From: a virus
DNA: 64,000 nucleotides
Virus record (IMG/VR): IMGVR_UViG_3300036790_000419
Location: 84,914 to 148,913 of that record
Reading direction: 5' to 3' (one strand)
Position numbers and translations under genes: made by a program
The notes under the pieces: generated by a model
What the model saw: only the letters and a program-made list of their open reading frames with translations
Told to the model about the DNA's origin: nothing
The model's database searches: none
In this document: positions 16,039 to 25,708 of the stretch, one piece after another
Position numbering within the stretch: the first letter of the stretch is position 1
Layout of the letters: each line of letters starts with the position of its first letter

Positions 16039-16364
16039 TGGCTGACGGGCTGCTGTGGGCCTACAGCGGGCCTGCGCTCACGCAGGCGAAGAGCCCGCTC
16101 AACTCACCGTGGTTCGCGCTAGGGGGGCCACAGCTTTCTGCCAACAGCATCAGCCAGGCCCTGCTCTCATGGGCTGCGGCCGGGGGCACCACCACGGTGA
16201 CCGTGCAGGGCAGCTTTGACGGGGTGAACGTGGACGCGGACCTCACCTACACGGTGACGACAGGTACGCCGTTCAGCATCATTACCCCGTACTTCCGAGT
16301 GAACGTGGCACAGACCGTGGCAGATGCGACCAAGACCAAACTGGTTCTCGTTGGAAGGTCCTGA
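16038..16364 (+). CDS. hypothetical protein, possibly virion-associated
   Basis: TGATG coupling; beta-rich. Confidence 0.6.
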   Translation: MADGLLWAYSGPALTQAKSPLNSPWFALGGPQLSANSISQALLSWAAAGGTTTVTVQGSFDGVNVDADLTYTVTTGTPFSIITPYFRVNVAQTVADATKTKLVLVGRS

Positions 16365-16367
16365 CCG

Positions 16368-16685
16368 GTGATTTACGCGCAAGTAATTAGCATTCCTGCG
16401 AGTTCGGTCGTCGAGGTCTTCACGGAGATGGGTATCGACCCTCTCCGCTGCGAAGTCATTGTTCAGTTCGAGAGCCCGGTCGTTACCGGGATCGTGCTGT
16501 TTCTCGCGCAGGACGCTGCCGGAACCAATGTCGGGCCAGCGCTTGACACGGAGGCCGTGGGCAGCGGGGGGGCTGCGCTCCCGCTGGCTACCTCCCGTTT
16601 CTGCACGGATAAGGACCCGGTGTACCTCCAGAACACGCACAGCTCCGCAATTAACGTGGCAGTCGCGCTCACTGACCACCCCTAA
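16368..16685 (+). CDS. hypothetical protein
   Basis: ORF with lower GC3. Confidence 0.55.
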   Translation: MIYAQVISIPASSVVEVFTEMGIDPLRCEVIVQFESPVVTGIVLFLAQDAAGTNVGPALDTEAVGSGGAALPLATSRFCTDKDPVYLQNTHSSAINVAVALTDHP

Positions 16686-16704
16686 CCCCGCCGATAGCCC
16701 GGTC

Positions 16705-17046
16705 GTGTGGGTTCCGTGGAGGACTCTTCAGGTCGTGCTCCAGAAGATGGAGGCACGGCTCGACCAGCGGCTGTCACAGCTTGACAGCAGACTAGGAGCT
16801 GTAATGGCATCGCAGGATGACATCGACGCGGCAGTCACGCAGATCAACACCACGCTGGGCGACCTGCAGGCGCAGTCGACGGCCATCGGCACGGACGTGA
16901 CCGCCATCCAGGCCGCGCTCGCGGCCCTCCCGGCGGACGTGGACACCTCGGCCCTCAACGCCGCGGTGGCCTCGCTCGCGCAGAACCAGGCGAGCCTGGA
17001 CACCTCGGTCGGCGGCCTGTCCGCCGTGGTGCCGCCTGTCTCCTGA
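16705..17046 (+). CDS. coiled-coil hypothetical protein
   Basis: CCGATAG 7 nt before GTG; heptad pattern; alternative start 16804. Confidence 0.65.
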   Translation: MWVPWRTLQVVLQKMEARLDQRLSQLDSRLGAVMASQDDIDAAVTQINTTLGDLQAQSTAIGTDVTAIQAALAALPADVDTSALNAAVASLAQNQASLDTSVGGLSAVVPPVS

Positions 17047-17075
17047 GATTGACGGTTGCGCAGTACACCGCCAGT

Positions 17076-17113
17076 GCCAGCCCCCGGACCCACCCTCCGG
17101 GGGCCGGCTTTTT
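17076..17113 (+). terminator. intrinsic terminator
   Basis: GCCAGCCCCCGGA/TCCGGGGGCCGGC plus T5. Confidence 0.75.
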
Positions 17114-17132
17114 GCTATAGCCCTGTTCTGCG

Positions 17133-17948
17133 CTAGGGCTCTGTTCGAACTGTCGGCCGGGCTTTTCGCGACCGAGGTACCTGTGTCCGGACTGGCCAAG
17201 CATGCCAGGGCTGCGGGCAGGCGTCGTTTCTGTGGCGCTCGATGTAGTCGGCTGCGGCCCGGAGCCAGTCCGGGTTGTCGTCGAACAGCCCGATCCCCTG
17301 GTTGTGCCGGTGGCACAGCAGGTCCCGGAGATGATCAGTAGCGTGGTCGTGGTCGACCGGCAGGCCCCAGTTCCCTTCTCGCCAGTTCTGCGTAGGGGGA
17401 GGTGACGGCGGTTCCCCGCAGATCGCGCAGCGGTTGCCCTGGGCCGCGACCATCTCCTGGTACTGCTCGGGCGTGACCCCGTAACGACGGAAGCGCTCAC
17501 TGAGCCGCCATGGTGCGTTTATCTCCCGGCAGCTTCTTGAGCAGTACGCCTGATTTCCTTTACCGTGGCTGTTTCCTTTAACGACGAATTCGCGGGAGAG
17601 CAGGTGCCGTCCGTCCTCATCACGTTCGGGTAGCTCACAGCGTGGGTTGGCGCACACGAGTGTGAAGTCTGGGCGGCCAGGGCAGTCTGCTCCGCAGGTC
17701 TTGCTGTCTGCCCTGGACGGCTGATACGTGCGCTGGCATTTCTCGCACTGCCGTGGTCCGGGCTTCAGGTCTTCGAACATGCCCGCGCTGTCTCGGGTCC
17801 CTCCGCGTTTCCTGTTTGAGAGGGTCATCGCGCAGTTCCGGCCGGTTGAAGGCGGGCATGCCTCTTGCTTCCTGCGTACTGGTGTGAACTCTGCTTGGCA
17901 GATCACGCAGTTTCTGGGTTGAGCCCCAGCTAGTCGTCCCTGTGCCAT
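17133..17948 (-). CDS. endonuclease VII-family (homing-type) nuclease with N-terminal Zn fingers
   Basis: YGVTPEQY..QGNRCAICG..VDHDH..LLCHRHNQGIGLFDD. Confidence 0.85.
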   Translation of the reverse strand: MAQGRLAGAQPRNCVICQAEFTPVRRKQEACPPSTGRNCAMTLSNRKRGGTRDSAGMFEDLKPGPRQCEKCQRTYQPSRADSKTCGADCPGRPDFTLVCANPRCELPERDEDGRHLLSREFVVKGNSHGKGNQAYCSRSCREINAPWRLSERFRRYGVTPEQYQEMVAAQGNRCAICGEPPSPPPTQNWREGNWGLPVDHDHATDHLRDLLCHRHNQGIGLFDDNPDWLRAAADYIERHRNDACPQPWHAWPVRTQVPRSRKARPTVRTEP

Positions 17949-18079
17949 GGTTCTTCTCCCCGCCGATTAGACACGCGTAAAGGCCAGCCATGTGGCCCGG
18001 TGATTCGGGCGGCGCAGGCCGGGCACCCGCAGGTGTCGCTGCTACAGACATTTATTAGTCTACACCAGCTCACTAAGGG

Positions 18080-19288
18080 GTGGTCGAGATTCCTGACATA
18101 AGTCTACTCGAACCGGTAGTGCTACGCGGAGTAGTCGAGAAGTTCGTGACTCCGGAGACCCTGCTGCTGCTGAACAGGCTCGACCAGACCCCCTGGCCTT
18201 TCCCCAGCGCCACCTGGGACGTGGTGAAGGGCAGCCGCGCGGTCGCCAAGCCGAACGTGCCCAACAGCGAGGCGCACATCATCTCCCGGCTCGGCCGCAG
18301 CCAGGAGTCCGCGAGCTTCATCTACCTGCGCGAGAAGAAGGTCTTCGAGCCGACCACGCTGCACTGGCTGAGGACGCCGGGCGAGATCGCCCGCATCAAC
18401 GCCGAGCAGGCGGTGCTGCGCGAGATCAACGACCTCAACCAGCGGTTCGACAACTTCGCGGAGTGGAGCTGCTGGCAGGCCCTGGGCGGGGCGATCCAGT
18501 ACAACTACGCGGACATCCAGGCGACGGTCGACTACAAGTTCCCGTCGAGCCACTTCGTAACGCCCGCCGTGCCGTGGGTCACCAACACCGCGCTGGGCTA
18601 CTACACCACCGGCGGCACGTCGGTGAACAGCGGGGCGCCGGGCAGCGCGGCAACGCTCGGCCAGGCCAACACGAACCTGAACACCGGCGGTGCCGGCGGC
18701 ATCACCTACGCCACCCCGGTCGGCATCATCGAGGACGTCCGGTCCTGGAAGAGGCTGCTGCAGGTGCACGGCCGGGTGCCCGCCAAGGAGACCTTCGGTA
18801 CCTCGGTCACCATGGCGGGCCTGATGGAGGCCTGGGTGAGTGCCACGCAGGCCTCCACCGTGTCCATCCCGGCGACCATGCTGTCCGACCGGATGAAGGA
18901 CGAGTACTACTCGACCGGCATCATGACCGGCTTCATGGGCTTGACCTGGACCACGGTGGAGCAGGTCTTCGAGTCTGACCTCGGCAACCTGACGTTCTTC
19001 GTCCCGGACGGCCAGCTCTACATCGGGAACTACACCGACCAGCGGCCGGTGGAGATCCTGGTGGGCCCGACGGCCGATGACGAGGCGCCCCAGGGCTTCA
19101 CCGGCAAGTACGCGAAGACCTGGAAGGAGAAGGACCCGTCGGCCAGGCAGTACCTCCTGGAATGGCACCTCCTGCCGATCGTGACCAGGCCGGAGCAGAT
19201 GCTGGTGGCCACCAACGTCATCTCGGCCGGCGAGGACAACGCCGCGCCCGCGGGCTACTACAACGGCGGCGCCGGGTCGGTCGACTAA
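18080..19288 (+). CDS. major capsid protein (lambda gpE-like, HK97 fold)
   Basis: Size and position; AEWSCWQAL, VDYKFPSSH, KYAKTWKEKDPS..LPIV; true start may be ATT 18089. Confidence 0.85.
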   Translation: MVEIPDISLLEPVVLRGVVEKFVTPETLLLLNRLDQTPWPFPSATWDVVKGSRAVAKPNVPNSEAHIISRLGRSQESASFIYLREKKVFEPTTLHWLRTPGEIARINAEQAVLREINDLNQRFDNFAEWSCWQALGGAIQYNYADIQATVDYKFPSSHFVTPAVPWVTNTALGYYTTGGTSVNSGAPGSAATLGQANTNLNTGGAGGITYATPVGIIEDVRSWKRLLQVHGRVPAKETFGTSVTMAGLMEAWVSATQASTVSIPATMLSDRMKDEYYSTGIMTGFMGLTWTTVEQVFESDLGNLTFFVPDGQLYIGNYTDQRPVEILVGPTADDEAPQGFTGKYAKTWKEKDPSARQYLLEWHLLPIVTRPEQMLVATNVISAGEDNAAPAGYYNGGAGSVD

Positions 19289-19320
19289 GCTGAGGCCAGC
19301 TCTGCCCTAGAGCTGCGGTT

Positions 19321-19360
19321 GCGGAGAGCCCCCGGTAGTAGACGGCCGGGGGCTCTCCGC
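19321..19360 (+). terminator. hairpin after the capsid gene
   Basis: GCGGAGAGCCCCCGG/CCGGGGGCTCTCCGC inverted repeat. Confidence 0.55.
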
Positions 19361-19650
19361 GCCCGGGCGTAGTAGTTACCGTGCCGCGGCACGGGCCCTC
19401 CTCCCCGGACCCGGCACCGGGAATGAGGGAGGGGCGGAGGCAAACTGCTGGCCCGGAACGAGACACGCCGGCCCCGGCCGACGGCGAGGATCTCCGGGCA
19501 GAGCCGCTAGCCGTCCCTCCCGATTTCCGGGTATGCTCCGTGACTGCTAAGGGGATTCACCGTCAGGGCCGCCTTGCCCGCTAAGCCCTGGCCTCGAAGG
19601 GGCCCGGCCCGCAACCGGGCCCCTCTCGTGTTTCCGCCGATTGCCCTCGC

Positions 19651-20361
19651 ATGGCAGGACTGAGCGGCGAGCAGGCCGTTATCGACGTGGTGGCCCTCTC
19701 CGAGCGGCTGTGCCCCAGCACCTCCAACGAAACCGCCGCAAGACTGGAACTGCCGCCCGAGGTTCCAGCGGAAATTGGGCCCTCCTGCGCGCTCGGGCAC
19801 CCCAACGCGCCCGGCATGCGGTTCTGCGGCGCGTGCGGGCTGCCGGTCGGCGCGTCCATCCCGGTGCGCGGCGAGCCCCAGCGGCCCAAGCCGGCCGGCC
19901 AGCTGACCCCGGCGGAGAAAGCGGAGCGCGAGCGGCAGCACGCTGAGGCCGTGGCCGCCGCCGCGCGGTTCGAGAACCAGCCCCAGCGGTTCGTGCCGGC
20001 TGAGGGCGAGGCCGTGCTCATCCACTTCGTGGCCGACGGGCTGACCGCGTTCGGCCAGGTCTGGTACCGCGGGCAGGAGCTGCAGATCGGCCCGGATCAC
20101 CCGCGCTGGGCCGAGGCCCTGGGGTGGATCACCCTTAACCGCTTCCAGCAGGCCAGTCGCTGGGGTGAGCAGAAGTTCGACTTCGGCCCCTGGCCCGGCC
20201 GCCGCCACGTCGATGCCCTGGGCAGCTTCGAGCAGCTGACCGGCACCGACCCTCAGGGCAACAAGGTGGCCATCACCGGGCCGACCGAGCAGCAACTGCG
20301 CGACGCGGACGCGGCGGAGCGCAGGCGCGGCCGGGCGGTGCCCGCCCCGGCGTTCGGGTAA
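19651..20361 (+). CDS. Zn-ribbon-containing hypothetical protein
   Basis: CALGHPN..FCGACG; CCGATTG 7 nt upstream. Confidence 0.7.
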   Translation: MAGLSGEQAVIDVVALSERLCPSTSNETAARLELPPEVPAEIGPSCALGHPNAPGMRFCGACGLPVGASIPVRGEPQRPKPAGQLTPAEKAERERQHAEAVAAAARFENQPQRFVPAEGEAVLIHFVADGLTAFGQVWYRGQELQIGPDHPRWAEALGWITLNRFQQASRWGEQKFDFGPWPGRRHVDALGSFEQLTGTDPQGNKVAITGPTEQQLRDADAAERRRGRAVPAPAFG

Positions 20362-20366
20362 CCGCC

Positions 20367-21902
20367 GTGGCGCTGCCGGGCGGCCTGGCCACGGTCGAGG
20401 TCACCGGGCTGAACCTGCTGTCGCTGGACGGCACGCCGCTGTCCGGCACCGTAATCTTCAGCGTTGACGGGCCGGTCGCCGCTCCGGCGGTCAGCGCGCT
20501 GCTGGAGGGCTCGGCCGCGGCGGAAGTGCAGGACGGGGTGATGGAGCCGCTGGTCATCCCGGCTACCGACTGCGTCTCCCCCGGCTTCTCCTACACGGTC
20601 ACGCAGCGGCTGACCACCCCGGACGGGCCGGGCGGCAACCCGGTGCCGTCCGCCGGGGTGGCCATCCCGTCGAGCCTGGGCCCGTCGGTCGACCTGTCGT
20701 CCCTGGTGCCGTCGGCTCCTGTCCCCCCGCCGTCGGCATTCGGCACGGCCAACACCTGGGCGCAGACCCAGGCCTTTGAGGGCTCCCCGCCCCTGCTCGT
20801 GCCTGAGGGCGCAGCGGACGGCTACGTGTGGACCTCGGACGCTGACGGGGGCGGCAGCTGGCAGCCGGCCGGCGGTGGCGTCCCCGGCTCCGGCACGGTC
20901 ACCTCGGTCAGCGTCGCGAGCGCCAACGGGTTCGCCGGCACGGTCGCCAACCCGGGCACCGTGCCGCAGCTCACGCTCAAGACCACGGTCACGGGGCTGC
21001 TGAAGGGCAGCAGCGCCGCCGGCGCGGTCGCCGCCGCGGCCGCGGGTACCGACTACCTCGCGCCGGGCGGCTCGGGCGCGGCCCTGACGGGCATCACCGC
21101 CGCGCAGGCCGGCGCGGACGCCGCCGGCGCTGCCGCCAGTGCCCAGGCGGCCAGCCTGCAGAAGTCCGCCAGCCTGGGCGACGTCGCCTCGCCCGCCACG
21201 GCCAGGGCTAACCTGGGCCTCGGGTCGGCGGCGGTCCAGTCGTCCGCCGCATTCGACGCGGCGGGCGCCGCGTCGGCCGTCGAGGCCCTGGCGCTGCTCA
21301 TCGCGAGCAACCTGTCAGACCTGCAGTCGGCGGCGACCGCTCGCTCCAACCTGGGGCTCGGCACCGCTGCCACCCAGGCGTCGGGCGCGTTCGACGCGGC
21401 AGGCGCGGCGGCTTCGGCGCAGTCAGCGGCCGAGGCTTTCGCGTCCGGGCTGCAGCCGTCCTCAGGCAGCCCGCTGGCGGTCACTGACGGCGGCACCGGC
21501 CTGTCGGCTGCGTCGCTGGCCGTGCTGCTCGCCAGCCTGCTCGCGGCCGGCGGCGGGGCGATGGGCGCGGGCCTCGCGCCGAAGGTCGTCTCGCTGTCCC
21601 AGTCGGGCGGGTCGGTCGCCGTTGACGCGAGCGCCGGCAACGCGCTCAACCTGACGCTCACCGCTTCCGGCTGGACGATAGCCAACCCGTCCGGCCCCGC
21701 CGACGCGGAGGTGATCCGCTTCCGGATCACGCAGGGCGCCGGCGGCTCGTTCACCGTGGCGTGGGGCAGCGCCTACGACTTCGGGTCTGGCAGTGCCCCG
21801 ACGCTGAGCACCGCCGCCGGCAAGGTCGACATCATCGCCTTCGAGTACGTCAGCTCCAACAGCAAGTGGTGCTGCCTTAACAACGGGGGCCTGGATTACT
21901 GA
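20367..21902 (+). CDS. fibre-like structural protein (head/collar fibre)
   Basis: Ala/Gly/Ser-rich; two (N/S)L(S/G)D..S.ATAR.NLGLG fibre repeats. Confidence 0.7.
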   Translation: MALPGGLATVEVTGLNLLSLDGTPLSGTVIFSVDGPVAAPAVSALLEGSAAAEVQDGVMEPLVIPATDCVSPGFSYTVTQRLTTPDGPGGNPVPSAGVAIPSSLGPSVDLSSLVPSAPVPPPSAFGTANTWAQTQAFEGSPPLLVPEGAADGYVWTSDADGGGSWQPAGGGVPGSGTVTSVSVASANGFAGTVANPGTVPQLTLKTTVTGLLKGSSAAGAVAAAAAGTDYLAPGGSGAALTGITAAQAGADAAGAAASAQAASLQKSASLGDVASPATARANLGLGSAAVQSSAAFDAAGAASAVEALALLIASNLSDLQSAATARSNLGLGTAATQASGAFDAAGAAASAQSAAEAFASGLQPSSGSPLAVTDGGTGLSAASLAVLLASLLAAGGGAMGAGLAPKVVSLSQSGGSVAVDASAGNALNLTLTASGWTIANPSGPADAEVIRFRITQGAGGSFTVAWGSAYDFGSGSAPTLSTAAGKVDIIAFEYVSSNSKWCCLNNGGLDY

Positions 21903-22591
21903 TGGCTGTCAGCTTCCCCGCGACTGCCAGCGACGTCACTGTCGTGCAGGGGCTGGCGACCATGGCCGGAGCGCCGCCGGCGAACACGGCCGACGGGGAC
22001 GTGCTGGTCGCGGTCGCCTCCACCCGCACCGGGGCCGTTACCCCGCCGGCCGGGTGGACGAGCGTGGCGCCCCTGTTCGGGGTGGACGGCGGCGCGGTCG
22101 TCCACGTGCTGCCCGTGCCTGCCACGGGGTCGCTGCCCGGGAGCTGGACATGGTCGGCGGGTTCGGCCCGGTCGTCGCTGATCATCGCCCGGGTGGCCGG
22201 CGCGTCGCTGGCCAGCCCGGTGTCACAGGCGGGGACGCCGGGCTCGGGCGGGACCGACAGCCCGAACGGGCTGCCGCTGGTGCTGCCCGGCGTCACCGCG
22301 GGCGGCGGCGTGCTCGCGTTCGTGTTCACCTACTTCACCGCCACCGCCCCGCCGACGGCGTACGTGCCGGGGATGACGCAACTGGCGGTCGCGACCACCG
22401 CCGGATCCAACAGGTCGGGTACCGGCCTGTGGGGGATGACCGCCACCGGGGCAACCGGCGACGTCACCTGCGCGGACACCTCCACCTGGGCGTCCGGCGC
22501 GGCGACAGGCCAGTCGGGCGTGCTGGTCGGCATCGCCGCCGCCTCCGCGCCGGCCGCTCCCTCCGGCCTGCTCATGACCGGGATCATCTGA
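21902..22591 (+). CDS. beta-rich fibre-associated protein
   Basis: TGATG coupled; DGDVLVAVAS..PAGWT. Confidence 0.6.
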   Translation: MAVSFPATASDVTVVQGLATMAGAPPANTADGDVLVAVASTRTGAVTPPAGWTSVAPLFGVDGGAVVHVLPVPATGSLPGSWTWSAGSARSSLIIARVAGASLASPVSQAGTPGSGGTDSPNGLPLVLPGVTAGGGVLAFVFTYFTATAPPTAYVPGMTQLAVATTAGSNRSGTGLWGMTATGATGDVTCADTSTWASGAATGQSGVLVGIAAASAPAAPSGLLMTGII

Positions 22592-22629
22592 CTGTCCGAT
22601 TAGCGGTGCATGGCGTTCGCGAGGCTGCC

Positions 22630-23208
22630 GTGACCTGGCCGGTGCCGACCGTCACGGAGCTGGCCGAGTACACCGGCCGGCCGGTAACCGGCTACACCAG
22701 CTACGTCAATTCGGCGCTGCTGCAGTCCGCGATGATGTTCACCGTCCTGGCTGAGCTGGGCGCGGACGACTACGGGGGCATGCGACCGGACTTCCAGGCC
22801 CTGGCGAACATGGGCATCATGGCGATGGGGGACTACCTGTACCTGCGCTGGCCGTACGCGCAGGCCCTGGCGAGCCCGATGCAGAGCGAGACGATCGGCT
22901 CCTACTCCTACTCCAAGCCGGTCGAGCAGATGGCCCGCAACGCGCAGGCCATCGAGGTGACCTCGGAGAAGACCGGGGTTGACATGTTCGACCTGGCGGT
23001 ACGCCGCCTGGCCCGGCGGCGCTCGATGAACGGCGTGTTCTTCGGGCAGATCACAGGCTTCGAAAAGCGCGCCCGCGAAGACCTGGCGTACGTCAAGTGG
23101 GATCCTGACGAGGAGCGCATGGTGCTGGTCGGGCCGGCGGATAGAGATCAAATTGATTTCCAGTTCTTCAGCATCAGCTCCGAGTCCTTCCCCGGCGATC
23201 CTGCGTAG
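22630..23208 (+). CDS. head-tail adaptor
   Basis: PTVTELAEY..QSETIGSYSYSK motif; position. Confidence 0.75.
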   Translation: MTWPVPTVTELAEYTGRPVTGYTSYVNSALLQSAMMFTVLAELGADDYGGMRPDFQALANMGIMAMGDYLYLRWPYAQALASPMQSETIGSYSYSKPVEQMARNAQAIEVTSEKTGVDMFDLAVRRLARRRSMNGVFFGQITGFEKRAREDLAYVKWDPDEERMVLVGPADRDQIDFQFFSISSESFPGDPA

Positions 23209-23228
23209 ATGTCATATACACTGACGCT

Positions 23229-24011
23229 ATGCCTAGTGGAAGACCGCCAACTATTCACCTGACACCTGGCCAGCGCATTGGCCGGGGTGTCGTCATCGAT
23301 CCGGAAATCCGGCTAGCTCGCACGGCTGCGATGCCGAAAGGGCGGCGCGGCGCGAGACTCCAGTGCGATTGCGGCACGGTCTACGAGGCCGACATAGGCA
23401 GTCTGGTGGAGCGCAAGGGCCGGATCAACACCACGTCCTGCGGCTGCGTGCAGCGGGAAACCTCAGCCCGTATCGGGCGGCAGACCGTGCTGTACGCACA
23501 GACGGCCCGCTGGCAAGCTCGCGGGCTGGATGGCCTTTGTGCTGCGCGGAAGTCGGACTACCAGCGCTGGTCGAACATGATGGCACGCTGTTATAACCCG
23601 GAGTACCCGAGGTACCCGGATTGGGGCGGCCGGGGCATCCGGGTCTGCGAGCGCTGGCACGACTTCCGCTTGTTCCTGGAGGACATCGACCGGCTGCTTG
23701 GCCCTTGTCCGGACGGTTACACACTGGACCGGACCGACAACAACAGCGGTTACGCACCAGGCAAGGTCCGGTGGGCTTCCTACTCAACGCAGAACCGGAA
23801 CCGGCGCAAGAACAAGGGCGCAACCTCTCAGTACCGGGGGGTTAGCTGGGATACGAGCCGACGTAGGTGGCAAGCCAAGATTCAGGTAGCTGGCCGTACC
23901 GTATCGCTGGGCCGGTTCACTGATGAAGAAGACGCGCACAAGGCATACCTGGCAGCAGTGCGCGGCCTGCCTGGCGATCCGGGCTTAGCACGTAGTACGG
24001 GGCATGAGTGA
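23229..24011 (+). CDS. HNH-AP2 homing endonuclease
   Basis: CDCG..SCGC, WGGRGIRVCERW, TLDRTDN..YAPGKVRWA, AP2 SQYRGVSW..WQAKI..LGRF. Confidence 0.9.
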   Translation: MPSGRPPTIHLTPGQRIGRGVVIDPEIRLARTAAMPKGRRGARLQCDCGTVYEADIGSLVERKGRINTTSCGCVQRETSARIGRQTVLYAQTARWQARGLDGLCAARKSDYQRWSNMMARCYNPEYPRYPDWGGRGIRVCERWHDFRLFLEDIDRLLGPCPDGYTLDRTDNNSGYAPGKVRWASYSTQNRNRRKNKGATSQYRGVSWDTSRRRWQAKIQVAGRTVSLGRFTDEEDAHKAYLAAVRGLPGDPGLARSTGHE

Positions 24012-24249
24012 TTCACTGAGTGCTGAGAACGACGCCCTGGCCGCCGCGCTGCTATGGCTGAAGGACGCCCCGCAAGATGACCGGCTGTACGAGGCCGAGT
24101 TCGGCCGGTTCGCGAACAGCTCGGGCTGCTGGTGGTACCTGAAGCTGGTCACCGAGGTGCGCAACGGCGAGGTCCTGGCGAGCCCGGAGGACGACGAGAA
24201 GAAGTACCTGGCGGTCATCGAAGCCTGGCGCAAGGCCTACCAAGCATGA
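24004..24249 (+). CDS. hypothetical protein
   Basis: Coupled GC3-rich ORF. Confidence 0.6.
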   Translation: MSDSLSAENDALAAALLWLKDAPQDDRLYEAEFGRFANSSGCWWYLKLVTEVRNGEVLASPEDDEKKYLAVIEAWRKAYQA

Positions 24250-24692
24250 CCGAGCCGCGCCGCCGCCTGCTGGTCACCGGCTCACAGGACTGGGATGACG
24301 CGGTTACCGTCCGGCGGGTGCTGAAGGCCGTGTGGATGTACGACCCGGAGACGCTGCTGGTGTCCGGGGCCTGCCCGCGCGGCGCTGACCTGATCTGCGA
24401 GGCGTACTGGGGCATGTTTCTGCACGGCGACGCCGAGCGGCACCCGGCGGACTGGTACCCGGGCGGGAAGTACGACGGCACGGCCGGCATCCGGCGGAAC
24501 CAGGCGATGGCAGACCTGGGCGCATGGGGCTGCGTAGCCTTCGGGCTGCCCTGCGAGCGCGTGACGTGCAGGGGCAGGCAGCCCGACCCTGGCTGGCCGT
24601 TCCACGTAACGCACGGGACGGGGGGCTGCGCGCGCTACGCTGAGGCTCGCGGCATCCCGGTGAAAAGGTACGTGCCGATCCTGGCGGCATGA
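24246..24692 (+). CDS. SLOG-superfamily (DUF2493/YspA-like) protein
   Basis: LLVTGSQDW..VSGACPRGAD..HPADW..AGIRRNQAM. Confidence 0.8.
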   Translation: MTEPRRRLLVTGSQDWDDAVTVRRVLKAVWMYDPETLLVSGACPRGADLICEAYWGMFLHGDAERHPADWYPGGKYDGTAGIRRNQAMADLGAWGCVAFGLPCERVTCRGRQPDPGWPFHVTHGTGGCARYAEARGIPVKRYVPILAA

Positions 24693-24808
24693 GCGGGCTT
24701 TGGCAGTACTTCGGCCCTTCAGGCTGGTGGTCGCAGTGGTACTGGCCCGAGGGCGTGCACGGCTGCGTCTACAACTTCTTTCACGGGAACGGGTGGCAGG
24801 TGACGTGA
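24689..24808 (+). CDS. 39-aa Trp-rich peptide
   Basis: ATGA and TGATG overlaps at its two ends. Confidence 0.5.
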   Translation: MSGLWQYFGPSGWWSQWYWPEGVHGCVYNFFHGNGWQVT

Positions 24809-24948
24809 TGGTGCACCGCGGTATCCCTGAGCACGGTCCCTGGTGGAAGCTCGGCCGCGACCTGCTGTTCCTCATCATCGCCGCAGGCATCTTCGCCGCG
24901 CTGTTCATCCTCCTGAGCCTGGCCCTGCGCGGTACGGTCAACTGGTGA
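24808..24948 (+). CDS. small membrane protein
   Basis: Single TM helix; coupled on both sides. Confidence 0.6.
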   Translation: MVHRGIPEHGPWWKLGRDLLFLIIAAGIFAALFILLSLALRGTVNW

Positions 24949-25214
24949 GTATCCCGTTCGACGCGGGCACCCGCCAGCGGGCGGCCCGGCTAGCCATTTA
25001 CCTCTACTACCCGGACGGCTCATCGGCGGTGGCGGAGGGCACGGACCTGACGGTCGACTCCGAGTTCGACTACGGCGGGCGGGTGACCGACATCCAGGCG
25101 GCACCGGAGCTGACGTCCCGGCTGACCCCGGCCATGCGCCTGCGCATCTACCCGGCACAGCCCGGCCGGGCCACGCTGCGGGTGACGAAGCGCCCTCCGA
25201 TTAGCGAGACGTGA
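24945..25214 (+). CDS. hypothetical protein
   Basis: GTGA overlaps. Confidence 0.6.
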   Translation: MSIPFDAGTRQRAARLAIYLYYPDGSSAVAEGTDLTVDSEFDYGGRVTDIQAAPELTSRLTPAMRLRIYPAQPGRATLRVTKRPPISET

Positions 25215-25705
25215 CCACGCCGCAGCCTTACCAGCCTTTCGCGCCTGGCCAGGGCCTGCGGATGTTCTATTCCTCGGTCTGCCAGGTGCTGCGCCTCAAC
25301 CCCTCGCTCAGTGCGGGCGGCGGCATGTCATTCACCTGGGACCTGGTGAGCGACGTGGTGGACCACTACCTGAACGAGCCAGGCCTGCTGCAGTGCCGCC
25401 TTGACCTGACGTTCCTGCGCCCGGGCAAGGACCAGCCTGCCCCCGTCGTGGCCGGCCGCGCCCCGGACCGGACGGGCGTCTGCTACTTTGACCCCGCGCC
25501 CGACGCCAACGGCGCGTCGCTGGTCAAGGCGGGGGACCGGCTGCAGTGCGTGAGCGGCCCCGTCTTCGGGACATTTGAAATCAGGTTGATTCCAGATGTT
25601 GCACAAGGCTTGACCGGTGCACATCACATCGAAGTCCAAGTAGTGGAAGTCTCGCAGATGCTCAAGCCCGGCACATCGCCAACGCCGTTCGGCACTCCGG
25701 AGTGA
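25211..25705 (+). CDS. head-tail stopper/closure protein
   Basis: Position; VKAGDRL..HHIEVQV. Confidence 0.65.
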   Translation: MTTPQPYQPFAPGQGLRMFYSSVCQVLRLNPSLSAGGGMSFTWDLVSDVVDHYLNEPGLLQCRLDLTFLRPGKDQPAPVVAGRAPDRTGVCYFDPAPDANGASLVKAGDRLQCVSGPVFGTFEIRLIPDVAQGLTGAHHIEVQVVEVSQMLKPGTSPTPFGTPE

Positions 25706-25708
25706 GCC

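Noticed and set aside
522-19288. Inteins or introns in terminase, portal or capsid genes
   Set aside because: Sizes are ordinary, with no intein splice motifs or frame interruptions seen.
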